Below, piece by piece: positions 48,860-61,650 of a DNA stretch of 64,000 nucleotides. The notes beneath the pieces are model-generated. The model made no database searches and had not been told where the DNA came from. It saw nothing but the letters and a program-made list of their open reading frames with translations. This stretch comes from Mobula hypostoma. Its lineage: Eukaryota. The stretch's first letter is position 1. Every line of letters starts with the position of its first letter. The translations under genes and the position numbers were made by a program. Location of the stretch: positions 28,086,001-28,150,000 of the forward strand of contig NC_086118.1 of the NCBI RefSeq assembly GCF_963921235.1, given 5' to 3'.

Positions 48860-49780
48860 CCCCCCCCCCCCATCTCTCTGCTTTCCACAGGGATCGCTCC
48901 CTACGCGACTCCCTTGTCCATTTGTCCCCCCATCCCTTCCCACCGATCTCCCTCCCGGCACTTATCCTTGTAAGCGGAACAAGTGCTACACATGCCCTTA
49001 CACTTCCTCCCTCCCCACCATTCAGGGCCCCAGACAGTCCTTCCAGGTGAGGCAACACTTCACCTGTGAGTCGGCTGGGGTGATATACTGCGTCCGGCGC
49101 TCCTGATGCGGCCTTCTATATATTGGCGAGACCCGACGTAGGCTGGGAGACCGTTTTGCTGACCATCTATGCTCTGTCCGCCAGAGAAAGCAGGATCTCC
49201 CAGTGGCCACACATTTTAATTCCACGTCCCATTCCCATTCTGATATGTCTATCCACGGCCTCCTCTATTATCAAGATGAAGCCACACTCAGGTTGGAGGA
49301 ACAACACCTTATATTCCGTCTGGGTAGCCTCCAGCCTGATGGCATGAACACTGACTTCTCTAACTTCTGCTAATGCTCCTCCTCCCCTTCGGACCCCATG
49401 CCTTATTTATTCATTATTCTTTTTCTTTCCCCTTTTTTCCTCCTTTTTTCTCCCTCTGACTACAACTCCTTGCCCATCCTCAGGTTTCCCACCCATCTTC
49501 TCTTTCTCCCTAGGCTTCCCGTCCCATGATCCTCTCCCTTCTCCAGCCTCGTATCCCTTTTGCAAATCAACTTTCCAGCTCTTATTTCCTCTCCTCCCCT
49601 CCCCTCCTGTCTTCTCCTATCATTTCAGATCTCTCCCTCCCCCTCCCACTTTCAAATCTCTTACTATCTCTTCTTTCAGTTAGTCCTGACGAAAGGTCTC
49701 GGCCCGAAACGTGGACTGTACCTCTTCCTATAGATGCTGCCTGGCCTGCTGCATTCACCAGCATTTTTTGTGTGTGTTGA
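48860..49780 (+). mobile_element. Penelope-like element 3' part: GIY-YIG endonuclease plus terminal repeat with hammerhead
   Basis: FTCESAGVIYCV...LYIGETRRRLGDRFADHL at ~49060-49180; CTGACGA-AAGGTCTCGGCCC-GAAAC at ~49687-49711; replaces the homolog of 6391-6749. Confidence 0.9.
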
Positions 49781-50183
49781 TTGCATAAGTATTCAACCTC
49801 CTTCAAGCCAGTATTTAGTAAATGTAATTTTGGCAGAAATTACAGCCTTGATTGAGTCTGTGTCGTTAGGTCTCTATCAGCTTTGCACATCTGTGCATTG
49901 CAAATTTTCCCCATTTTTTTTCCCAAATCTATTTAAGCTAGGTCAGATTGCATGGGGATCGTGAGTAAACAGCCCTTTTCAAGTCCAGCCACAAATGTTC
50001 GACTGGATTGAGACCTGGATTCTGACCCACATAGCCACCCAAGGATATTTAATGCCTCTTTGCATTTAATTATCTTACTGATATGGTGCTTCCATGTCAG
50101 CATATAGTCCAGCCACATGCCAAGAAACCTTACCACTGACACTTCCAGAGTTTGACTATACAATATCAAATTGAGTGCAGGTC

Positions 50184-50312
50184 CTGACGAAGGGTCTCGG
50201 CCTGAAACGTCGACTGCACCTCTTCCTAGAGATGCTGCCTGGCCTTCTGCGTTCACCAGCAACTTTTATGTGTGTTGCTTGAATTTCCAGCATCTGCAGA
50301 ATTCCTGTTGTT
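50184..50312 (+). mobile_element. Penelope-derived mini insertion with intact-looking hammerhead
   Basis: 8-bp TSD TGCAGGTC (50176-50183, 50313-50320); empty site in copy 1 at ~7150; CTGACGA-A-GGG-TCTCGG-CCT-GAAAC-GTC-GACT. Confidence 0.88.
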
Positions 50313-51194
50313 TGCAGGTCTATTGATCCTCTTTGTAGAACATATAACTTGTGTTTTAGCTACTGAAAGCTTAAAGCCCCATCTACTTGCCCATTATTCA
50401 GCCTTATTAATTGCTGATTGCATCCTATATACAGTTAAATTGCATTTATTTCCTCTGATCCATAAAGCTCCATCATCTGCAAAGAGTAATTTACCCAACC
50501 CAGTGCCCGTCTCAGAGAAAATAACATTAATCATACTATTAAACAATAAAGAGTTGCAAATACTGCCTTGTGGAATCCCATTCCCTAACTCATAGAAGCC
50601 TGAATATACCTACCTACCCTTACCTGCATTGACCATCCAAATTAGAAACCCAAAAAAATTTATGTAGCCTTCCTCCCACTCCTAATTTCCGCCCTCCATA
50701 ACATATCATGCTTTTTCTATGAAAAATCCAGCTATTACAACTTTTTTTATTTCCCTGTGCTTTCCTAAAATCTTCCAAACAGACATCAGAATCCAATGTC
50801 TTTCTATCCTTCCAAAATCTGCTCTTATAAAACGCAACATCACCTATTTCCAAAATATAATTCAACTGTTGAGTTACTATATGTTCCATAAGTTTACACA
50901 AATGAGACATTTGGGCTATTGGTTTATAACTAGAAAGATCCGATGGGGGTTTTCCAGGTTTTAGAATAGGCACTACTGCCATTACCATGAGGAAGGAAGC
51001 TGGCTTAAATTCCAAATATGATTAATCAATTTTAATATTATCTTAAAGAAGTTGTCAGCCATATATTTTAAACACACAATAACATACAACATCCTTTCCT
51101 AGAGCTTTCTGGTCTGTACTATTATTAACTTCCATAAATTCACACAAAGAAAACTCTACATCACTAATACTATCATTGCTGTAGCAAACTTCCA

Positions 51195-52590
51195 ACACAG
51201 AACAGAAAATTGAAAATCTATAGCACATTACAGGCCCTTCGGCCCACAATGTTGTGCCGACCATGTAACCTAGTCTAGAAGTGGCCTAGAATTTCCCTAC
51301 TGCATAGCCCTCTATTTTTCCAGGCTCCATGTACCTGTCTCTGGGTCTCTTAAAAGACCCTGTTATATCTGCCTCTATCACCATCACCAGCAGCCCATTC
51401 CATGCACCCACCACTCTCCGTGTGAAAAACTTACCTCTGACATCTCCCTTGTACCTACTTCCAAGCATCTTAAAACTATGTCCCTTTTTGTTAGCCATTA
51501 CAGCCCTGGAAAAAACTCTGGCTTTCCACACGATCAATGCCTTTCATCATCTTTTACACCTCAAGCAGGTCACCTCTCATCCTCCGTTATTCCAAGGAGA
51601 AAACGCCAAGTTCACTCAACCTGTTCTCATAAAGCATGCTCTCCAATCCAGGTAACATCCATGTAAATCTCCTCTGCACTCTCCCTATAGCATCCACATC
51701 CTTCCTGTAGTGACGTGACCAGAACTGAACACAGTACTCCAAGTGGGGAGTTACTAAGATTGTACTAAGATTGAAATATTACCTCACAGCTCTTGAACGC
51801 AGTCCAATGGTTGATGAAAGCCAATACACCAATATGCCTTCTTAACAACACTGTCACCTGTGCACTGTGCAGCAGCTTTGAGTGTCCTATAGACATGGAC
51901 CCCAAGAGCTCTCAGATCCTCCACACAGCCAAGAGCCTTGCCATTAGTATTATATTCTGTCTTCAAATTTGACCACCCAAAATGAACCACTTCACACTTA
52001 TTTGGGTTGAACTCTATCTGCCACTTCTCAGCCCATTTGTGCATCCTATTGATGCCCCGCTGTAACCTCTGACAACCCTCCAGACTATCCACAACACCTC
52101 CAACTTTGGCATCATCAGCAAACTTGCTAATCCACCCTTCTACTTCTTCAGCCAGATCATTTATATCATTAAAAAATCAAAGGAGTCAACCCAGAACAGA
52201 TCTCTGCAGAACGCTACTGGTCACCGTCCTCCATGCAGAGCACAAACCATTCACAACCACCCTTTGCCTTCTGTTGTCAAGCCAGCTCTGGATCCACAAA
52301 GCAAGGTCTCCTTGGATCCCATGCCTCATTACTTTCTGAATGAGCATCACATGGGGAATGTTATTAAATGCCTTATTGAAATCCATATTCACTACATCCA
52401 CTGCTATACCTTCATCAATGTGTTTTATTACATCCTCAAAGAATTCAATCATGTTCGTAAGGCATGACCTGCCCTTGACAAAGCCATGCTCACTATCCCT
52501 AGTCAGATTGTCTCTCCAAATGCTCATAAATCCTGCTTCTCAGGATCTTCTCTAACCACTTGCCCACCACTGAAGTAAGACTCACTGGTT
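51195..52590 (-). mobile_element. CR1 RT to 3' fragment
   Basis: ORFs 52186-52527 (SEHGFVKGRSCLTN...DFNKAF), 51784-52092 and 51286-51537. Confidence 0.85.
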
Positions 52591-54649
52591 TATAACACAT
52601 CAGGTTATTCACATAAAGCCTTATCCCTACATTGTTTAGCCTCTTCCCTTAAATTACCTTGATTATGAATTACAATAAATGACCAAGCCAATAACTCAAC
52701 CTTCTCTGTTTCAGTAATTACCGTATTACCTTCTTTAATCAATACTAGAATGTTATTTGCCCTATGAATTCCCCCCCACATTTTTTTTAAATATTCTCCG
52801 AACATCTCCAAGTTTAATATTCCTTCCAATACTATCACAGTATGATCTCCAGTAAACCTTTTTCACATCTTCAGTACTTTGCTTACCACAGCCTGTGCCC
52901 TTTTATATTTAATAATGTCACTCAGAGAGTGATACTTAATTTTCCTAAACACCTCATTTCTCTCCCTAATTGCCTCTGCATACTCCCTAGTCCACCATGG
53001 TACAGCCTTTCTACTATTAATGCCCTTTTTAATAGGAATCACTTCCACAGCAGTTTGATGAAAGATGTAACAAATCCTTTCATTGCAGAAATCCACATCA
53101 TCCACAACATTCAGCCCTGATAGATGTTCATCACATAAAACCTTAAACCTCTCCCAATTTGCTTTACCAAAATTCCACCTCCTAAAAGTGGCCTCCTGTC
53201 CCCTATAGAAATCCACACCCAAGCTTATAAATATCGGAAAATAATCACTGTCCAATATCTCATCTCCCATGACAGCCCACTTACTCACTCCAGCCAGAAT
53301 GTTCGAAACTAGAAGTTAGATCTATAGCAGTTTCGGAACTCTAATGAACATTAAGTCTCATGCCCTTCCCATCATTAAGACACACAAGATGTGAAATATC
53401 TAAAAATTCTTCTACAATCAAACCATTACCATCATTCTGTGAACAACCCCACCGTGAACTATGTGTGTCAAAATTCCCACACCATACAAACCTTAGTAAG
53501 CTAGAGCTACATATGCTCTCCAGCAAATCAATCAAGAGCTTTCCACAAGACAAGGGTTGTAATTTATCACTTTAACACCCCTACCTGTTGAATTAAATAC
53601 TTCTATTACAAGTGCCTCACATACTTCATTTATATCCACAAGTCTATGTCCTATCCCTTTCCTTACAAAATTTGCAACACTACCCCCTCTACCAAATAAT
53701 CTATTACACCCAATTGCAATATAACCCTGCAAGACACACCTAACTGTACTTTAACCTTTTGACTTCAGCTGCTTTCTTAAGTATTTCACAACCTCTATAA
53801 GCTGCACTATGTTCTCCTCCACAATTACAATTAAATTTTACGAGTTCACAATTTTCCTATTTATGTTCTCCACCACATTTACTACATCTTCGTTTCATAC
53901 TGCTGCAACATGCCCAAACCTCTGACATTTGTAACATCTAAGCAGGGGTGGAATATAAACTCGAGCATTATAACTAACATGCCCCAAACTAACTTTATTG
54001 GGGAGCTTCACTTCATCAAAACATATCAATATAGACAAACGATCTATCCTTTCCCGATTTCTGACTACTTGCAATCTCTTTATCTCCTTAAACTTGCCTC
54101 CCAATAAATGAGATTTAACTACTTCTATCAAAATCTCCACTGGAATAACTATCACAACACCGCTAACACCTCTACTTTCCACAGGCAAAATAAGTAACAT
54201 CTTTTTACCAAGTCTTCAATCATAATGCCTTCTCAGACTGCTTTTTATCCTTAGAAACAATTAACACCTTCCCTCCTCTCAAAGTATGAGCACGATCTAT
54301 AGTCCCTATGGCTGGTTTTAGCTCTGTTGTTAATTTAATGGGATTGATGGAGGGCGGCTGTCCTGGTTGAAATTTAAACAATACCTTGAAGTCTTCTTTA
54401 TATTTTTCCAAAATATCCATCCCTTCCTCTCCATCATTTGAATTCATTCCAATATTATGTTTCTTTTTCTGTTTTCCAGATCTGAATTCAACTTCCTTCC
54501 AACCTCGTCCTGCCAACCCGCCCTCACCTGAACCATTCATTTGTAGTTCCTTTTCCAGATCCTCCCCCCTACCTGAACCTACACTATTTCCCAACATCCC
54601 ACACCATTCATAGCCAGCACCACCATCTGCCCAACCCCTCTGTCTCCTG

Positions 54650-55742
54650 TCTCTCTGTCTTGTTTTACGGTGGTTGACGTCCAGCTTAATGGTACATTAC
54701 TGCCCCCTTCTGCTCCAGAGTGTGCAATAGACTTGCATTCCAAATCCCTTCACCCAGTCTCTCTCTCTCACACACACACACACACTTACTTTACCCTCCC
54801 CTCTTTGGCCATCCTAGTACCCTATTCCCATTTATCCATTATATCCTATAAAAAATCCCTGTACCCCTTAAGAAAGCTAAAAATACCCTAACCTGTGCTC
54901 TCTCACCCATGCCCAGCAACCCTTTTAATGTGAATTCCTGCACCCCCAATTCCCTTAATTTAGTTCTCTCTGTTTCCCATACTTGCTGCAACTCAGAACT
55001 ACATGTTCTACTGACTCCTCTTCCAGCCATTCCTCACACAATCCTGTCTGGTGTTTCCCTATCATTTTCAATGTTTTGTTTAATGCACAGTGTCCCAGCC
55101 TTAACCTAGTCCACACAGTTTCCTCTCTTCTGTTTCCACTACCTACCCTAGTACCTGCAACACTTTTTTGTATTTCATATAAATGCCTCCCTTTCCCCTC
55201 CCTGTCCCATCTTTCTTGCCACATTTGGTTGATTTTTTCCCAGATTACACACTTAACCTCTGCTTTACTGATACTAATGTGCATTTCTATATTTTCTTTC
55301 TTTAATGCCCTCTTTGCCAACTCATCCACCCTCTCATTCCCCTTCACCCCTACATGTGCTGGAACCCACAGAAATTTTACCTGACCTCCCTGATTTGCAA
55401 TTCTTGCGACTAACTGAAGGACTTCATAAAGTACATCTTGCCGACTGTTTGTGTGAAAAGACCTTAAACTTGCTAGAACTGAGGATGAATCTGAACATAT
55501 CAATGCTTTGGCTTGTCTGGCTTTCTGCACCCATTGCAACGCAACCAACACTGCCAGCATCTCCACTGTAAACACCCCTAACTTATTAGATGTTCTTCTG
55601 CTGATTCCAATTTCTTCTGCTGGTATAACCACCCCAAACACTGTCATTCCTGTTTCAGGTTCCTTCGCACCATCCGTATAAATGTGAGTATAATCACTAT
55701 ACTTTTCCATCACATGACAGTTAAATGCATTTACCAAATCAG
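54650..55742 (-). mobile_element. 5'-truncated Nimb/I LINE (RNase H to 3' end)
   Basis: ORF 54955-55737 (IYTDGAK...CSDSSSVL...WVPAHVGVKGNERVDELAK); near-identical to ~60555-61650 in opposite orientation. Confidence 0.9.
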
Positions 55743-55999
55743 ACTAACCAGCTGGCTGCTCCCCGACTTCCGACCTCCCAGCCCTAAGGTAACGAAGATA
55801 TCTGGAGGTAACGAAGCACTAGGACTCACAGTTCATCTGAAAACCCACTGCTTCTGAAGAACTATAGTTTGAACTGTACATCACAGGCTTCAACAGAACA
55901 GCAACCACCTTGAAAATAAGAGAGGAAAGACAAGCTATTGCATGAGCAAACTGAAAGAAAGAAGTCGCCTAGGTATGCAGAATTCACTGATGCCATCTT

Positions 56000-57950
56000 T
56001 CCTCATTCTTTGCCCTCTCGTTCCTTCTCCTTTCTCTCCAAATTAGGCCTCACCACTATCTTGTACAGCTTCAACATTACATCCCATCTCCAGCACTCAA
56101 AACTTTGATTAATGAAGGCCAATGTACAACTCTATCTACCTGTGATGCCATTTTCAGTGAATTATGTACCTGTCATCCCAGATCCCTTTGTTCTACAGCG
56201 CTCCTCAGTCTCAACCATTCACTATGTAAGACTTACACTGATTGGTTCAACAGAAGTACAACACATTGTACTTGTCTGTGTTAACTTCCACCTGCGATTT
56301 TCAGCCCATTTTTCCAGCTGGTCCAGATCCGGCCACAAACCACGTTGGCCTTTCCTGTGGTCTACTACATGCCCAATCTTGGTGTCATTCGCAAATTTGC
56401 TAACCAGCTAACCACATTATCATCCAGATCATTGATACACATGATAAACAACAATGGACCCAGCACCAGTCTCTGCAGCTCTCCACTAGTTACAGGGCTC
56501 CAAACAGAGAGGCAACTATCTACTACAGTACCACTTTCTGGCTTGTCGAACAAAGCCTATGTCAAATCCAATTTACTACCTCATCTTCAATGCTGAGTGA
56601 CTGAAAATTCTTGACCATCCTCCCATATGTGACCTTGTTAAATGCAACTTCCACTGATTTCCTTTCATCAACTTTCATGGTAACCTCCTTGAAAAACTCT
56701 ATAAGATTGATTACGCATGACCTACCATGCATGAAGCCACGCTGACTATCCCTAATCAGTCCACGTCTATCCAAATATCCATATATCTGGTCCCTTAGAA
56801 TACCTTCCAATAACTTTCCCACTACTGATATCAGACTCACCAGCCAATAATTCCCTGGTTTATTTTGGAGACTTTCTTAAACATTGGCAATCCTTTAATC
56901 CTCCAGTAACTCACGTGTCGCTAAAGATGATTTAAATAACTCTGCTAGGGCACCAGCAATTTCTGCAATTGTCTCCCACAGGGCCCAAGGGAACATCTTG
57001 TCAGGCTCTGGGGATTTGTCCACCTTAATTTGCCTCAAGACAGCAAACACCTCCTCCTCTCTAATCTGTGTAGGGTCCATGAAGTTGATGCTGCTTTGCC
57101 TCACTTTCTTGTTAATTTTCTCTGTACTCTTTCAGCCTCTCTGCTGCATTGATTCACACCTATAGATTCTGTGCCCATCTCCTGCGTCAATACAGATGCA
57201 AAAAGATAATTTAAGATCTCCCCCATCTCTTTTAGCTCAAGGCATGGATTACCACTCTGATCTTCCAGAGGACCAATTTTGTCCCTTGTAATCCTTTTAC
57301 TCTTAATATATCTGTGGAATCCCTCAGGATGCTCCTTCAACTAGTCTTCTAGAGCAACTTCATGCCTACTTTTATTCCTCCTGATTTCTTTCTTAAGTGT
57401 TTGCTTGCATTTCTTATATTCTATAAGCACTTCATTTCTTCCCACCTGTTACCTTTCCTTCCTTAAACCTGTTATCTTTACCTTTTAGTCAAAATTTCAC
57501 CTCTGAAGGCCTCCCACTTGCCAAGTATACCTTTCCCAGAAAACAACCTGTCCCAATCCATACTTACAAAATCCTTTCTGATACCATCAAAATTGGCCTT
57601 TCTCCAATTTAGAATATCAACTGCAGACAAGACCTATCTTTTTTCAATATTTGTTTTGAAATGAATGGCATTATGATTACGAAGCATTCCCCTACACAAA
57701 CATCTGTCACATGCCCTGACATATTCCCAAGTGGCTGATCAACTATCACACACTCTCTCTTTGGGACTTCTATGTACTGATTAAGGAAACTTTCCTGAAT
57801 ACATTTGACAAACTCTATCCTTTCTAGTCCTTTTACAGTATGGGGGTCCCAATCAATATGTGGAAAGTTAATATCACCTGCTATAACAACCTTATGTTTC
57901 TTGCAATAGTCTGCAATCTCTCGACAAAATTTGTTCCTCTACGTCCCTCG
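56000..57950 (-). mobile_element. Decayed CR1 ORF2 fragments
   Basis: ORFs 56562-56840 (SLISVVGKLLE...SQRGF..GRSC..NL), 56895-57104 (VDKSP.PD) and 57101-57340. Confidence 0.8.
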
Positions 57951-58150
57951 GACTACAGAGTGGTCTATAATATAGCCCTATTAACATGGTCATACCTTTC
58001 TTATTCCTCAGTTCCACCCATAACGCCTCACTAAACAAGTTCTCCAGTCTGTTCTGACTGAGTACTGTGGTATCTTCAATTTTTCTTCCAAAGCGGAAGG
58101 AAATTTTGATTATACTGTGGACACAAGAATATTAATTTTGGTTTTACTTA

Positions 58151-58772
58151 CAATGCCTATAAAAGGTATACAGCCCCTTGGAAGTTTTCATATTTTATTG
58201 TTTTACAATATTGAATCACAAAGGTTTTAACTTGACTTTGTTGACACTGATCAACAAAAAAAGTCTCGTGTCAAAGAGTAAACAGATTTCTACAAAGTGA
58301 TCTAAATTAATTACAAATATAAAATACAAATAATTGTTTGCATAAATATTCATCCCTTTAATATGACAAACTAAATAATCTCGCGTGCAGTCAATTAGTT
58401 TTGCAAGCCACATAATTAGCCGAATGGAGATCACCTGCGTGCAGTCAATTGGTTTTGCAAGCCACATAATTAGCCGAATGGAGATCACCTGCGTGCAGTC
58501 AATTGGTTTTGCAAGCCACATAATTAGCCGAATGGAGATCACCTGCGTGCAGTCAATTGGTTTTGCAAGCCACACAATTAGCCGAATGGAGATCACCTGC
58601 GTGCAGTCAATTGGTTTTGCAAGCCACATAATTAGCCGAATGGAGATCACCTGCGTGCTGTCAATTGGTTTTGCAAGCCACATAATTAGCCGAATGGAGA
58701 TCACCTGCGTGCAGTCAATTGGTTTTGCAAGCCACACAATTAGCCGAATGGAGATCACCTGTGTGCAGTTTC
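58151..58772. mobile_element. Tc1 terminal fragment containing an expanded minisatellite
   Basis: TA|CAATGCCTATAAAAGGTATACAGCCCC Tc1-type end; body similar to 6590-6760. Confidence 0.75.
58383..58760. repeat. 54-bp minisatellite, 7 full copies
   Basis: Unit GCGTGCAGTCAATTGGTTTTGCAAGCCACATAATTAGCCGAATGGAGATCACCT with starts at 58383, 58437, 58491, 58545, 58599, 58653, 58707. Confidence 0.97.
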
Positions 58773-61650
58773 AATGATGTGTTCACAAAGGTACTAGTGG
58801 ATATAGGTAGGTCACTGTTTGTGGATGATGGGGCCTTGTGGAAAAGATGTAGAAACATGGAGTATATAAATCAGGAAACTACAAGAAGCAATGGATCCAG
58901 TTCAGAAAATTTGTCTGAAGAGGGGAGAAGAAGAAGGGAAAGAATAATGAAAAGAATAATGAGCCAACACCCAGGTGTGTTAAGCAGGAGGGAAGGAACA
59001 TATGATATAATTGATGATCCATTTACATTAGCAGAAATGGTGAGAGCAATAAAGAGATGGAGACCAACCTCCCCAGGGAAAGATCTGATATGCTCTGTGA
59101 TGCTAAAAAATCTAGGAGAAGGAGCGCTCTAGAAGTTGCTGCATTTTTATAACAGAGTGTGGGAGGAGGGAAGATTACCAAGTGCATGGAAAGAAGCAGT
59201 AGTAATTCCAATAAGGAAGCCTGGCAAGGATCTGTCAAAACCCACTAGCTACAGACCAATTGCATTAACATCAAGTATATGTAAGATAATGGAAAGGATG
59301 ATAACAGAAAGGTTATCATATGAGTTTGAGAAAAGGGGAATGCTGGCAAGTCATCAGAGTGGTTTTAGAAAGGGAAGGAATTTCATGGACTCAGTGATTA
59401 TGTTAGAGATTGAAATAAGGAAGGCCCAGGCAAATAGAGAGTCAGTAGTGGCAGTGTTCTTTGACATTGAAAAAGCCTATGATATGATGTGGAAGGATGG
59501 ATTATTAATTAAACTGCACAAGATGGGGGTTGGTGGGAGAGTTTTTAATTGGATTAAAGATTTTTTGTTTGGTAGAAAATTCAAGTTCAGATTGGATCAG
59601 AATTATCAAAACAGTACATAGTGGAAAATGGCACACCTCAAGGTAGTGTGATTAGCCCATTACTTTTCATCATTATGATCAATGATGTCTTCACAAAGGT
59701 ACCGGTGGATATAGGTAGGTCACTGTTTGCGGATGATGGGGCCTTGTGGAAAAGAGGCAGGAACATGGACCATATAATCAGGAAACTACAAGAAGCAATT
59801 GATGAAGTGGTGGAGTGGGGTTATGATTGGGGATGTAGATTTTCAGTAGACAAAACTCAAACTGTATTTTTTTTACCAGGAAAAGAGTTGAGGTAGGGAA
59901 GAAGTTAAGTATGTATGGGGTTGAATTAGAAAAGGTTGCATCATTTAAATTTCTGGGAGTTATATTTGATTCACGATTAACATGGGCAGACCGTATCAGG
60001 AAAGTTGAGGAGAAATGTAAAAAAGTAATAAATGTGATGAGATGTTTGACTGGTAGGGAATGGGGAGCAAGTTGTTCAGCTTTGAAGAGAATGTATGTGG
60101 CTTTAGTAAGATCTGTATTGGATTATGGAAATATAGTATATGGATCAGCAGCTAGGTCTCTTATAAGGAAACTGGATGTGATTCAGGCTCAGGCCTTGAG
60201 AGTGTGCAGTGGGGCTTTTAAAACGTCACCAGTGTCAGCCCTACAGGTAGAAATGGGAATAATGCCTTTGGAACTAAGAAGGATGCAACTGATGGCAAAC
60301 TACTGGGCTAACTTGCAGGGGCACAATGATTCTCACCCTACTAAAGGAGTGTTGCAGGAGTGCTGGGAAAATGGGAGGTTTCAGAGGGATACCTTTAGTC
60401 GGGTAGGGAATGATATCGCGAAAGAATGTGGAGTATTTGATCTGAGGATAAGTCCTTCAGTAGTTTATCCGGTTGTAGCTCCATGGAAGCTTGTATGGCC
60501 TGACATAGACTGGCATTTGTTAGAGGTAAAAAGGAAAGAAAGATGTAAAACAGATTTGGTAAATGCATTTAACTGTCATGTGATGGAAAAGTATAGTGAT
60601 TATACTCACATTTATATGGATGGTGCGAAGGAACCTGAAACAGGAGTGACAGGGTTTGGGGTGGTAATACCAGCAAAAGAAATTGGAATCAGCAGAAGAA
60701 CATCTAATAAGTTAGGGGTGTTTACAGTGGAGATGCTGGCAGTGTTGGTTGCGTTGCAATGGGTGCAGAAAGCCAGACAAGCCAAAGCATTGATATGTTC
60801 AGATTCATCCTCAGTTCTAGCAAGTTTAAGGTCTTTTCACACAAACAGTCGGCAAGATGTACTTTATGAAGTCCTTCAGTTAGTTACAAGAATTGCAAAT
60901 CAGGGAGGTCAGGTAAAATTTCTATGGGTTCCAGCACATGTAGGGGTGAAGGGGAATGAGAGGGTGGATGAGTTGGCAAAGAGGGTGTTAAAGAAAGAAA
61001 ATGTGGAAATGCACATTAGTATCAGTAAAGCAGAGGTTAAGTGTGTAATCTGGGGAAAAAATCAACCAAATGTGGCAAGAAAGATGGGACAGGGAGGGGA
61101 AAGGGAGGTATTTATATGAAATACAAAAAAGTGTTGCAGTTACTAGGGTAGGTAATGGAAACAGAAGAGAGGAAATTGTGTGGACTAGGTTAAGGCTGGG
61201 GCACTGTGCATTAAACAAAACATTGAAAATGATAGGGAAACACCAGACGGGATTGTTTGAGGAATGTCAGGAAGAGGAGTCAGTAGAACATGTAGTTCTG
61301 AGTTGCAGGAAGTATGCGATACAGAGAGAGATGATGAGAATTAATCTAAGGGAATTGGGGATGCAGGAATTCACATTAAAAGGGTTGCTGGGCATGGGTG
61401 AGAGAGCGCAGGTTAGGGTATTTTTAGCTTTCTTAAAGGGTACAAGGGTTTTTTATAGGATATGATGGATAAACAGGAATAGGGTACTAGGATAGCCAAA
61501 GATGGGAGGATAAAGTATAGATTAGGGTGTGTGTGTGTGTGTGTGATTGGGTGAAGGGATTTAGAATGTAAGTCTATTGCACACTCTGGAGCAGAAGGTG
61601 GCGGTAATGCACCATTAAGCTGGGTGCCAACTGCCGTATAACAAGACACA
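58773..61650 (+). mobile_element. 5'-truncated Nimb/I LINE (RT, RNase H, 3' end)
   Basis: YRPIALTS, QSGFRKGR, FFDIEKAYD, GTPQGSVISP, LFADDG; RNase H in ORF 59911-61119; (GT)n then conserved 3' terminus. Confidence 0.92.

Larger units (their letters stand above)
47169..54635 (+). repeat. Segmental duplicate (copy 2) of 4709-~18640
   Basis: Collinear near-identical CR1 5' end, hAT end, Tc1, Nimb and CR1 pieces with identical junctions; paired ORFs 4745/47205, 6128/48588, 7147/50272, 14453/53895. Confidence 0.93.

Noticed and set aside
58216-58777. 18-aa repeat ORFs on both strands, and a possible CRISPR-like array
   Set aside because: They are stop-free frames of the 54-bp minisatellite. There are no unique spacers, the context is eukaryotic, and no cas genes are present.
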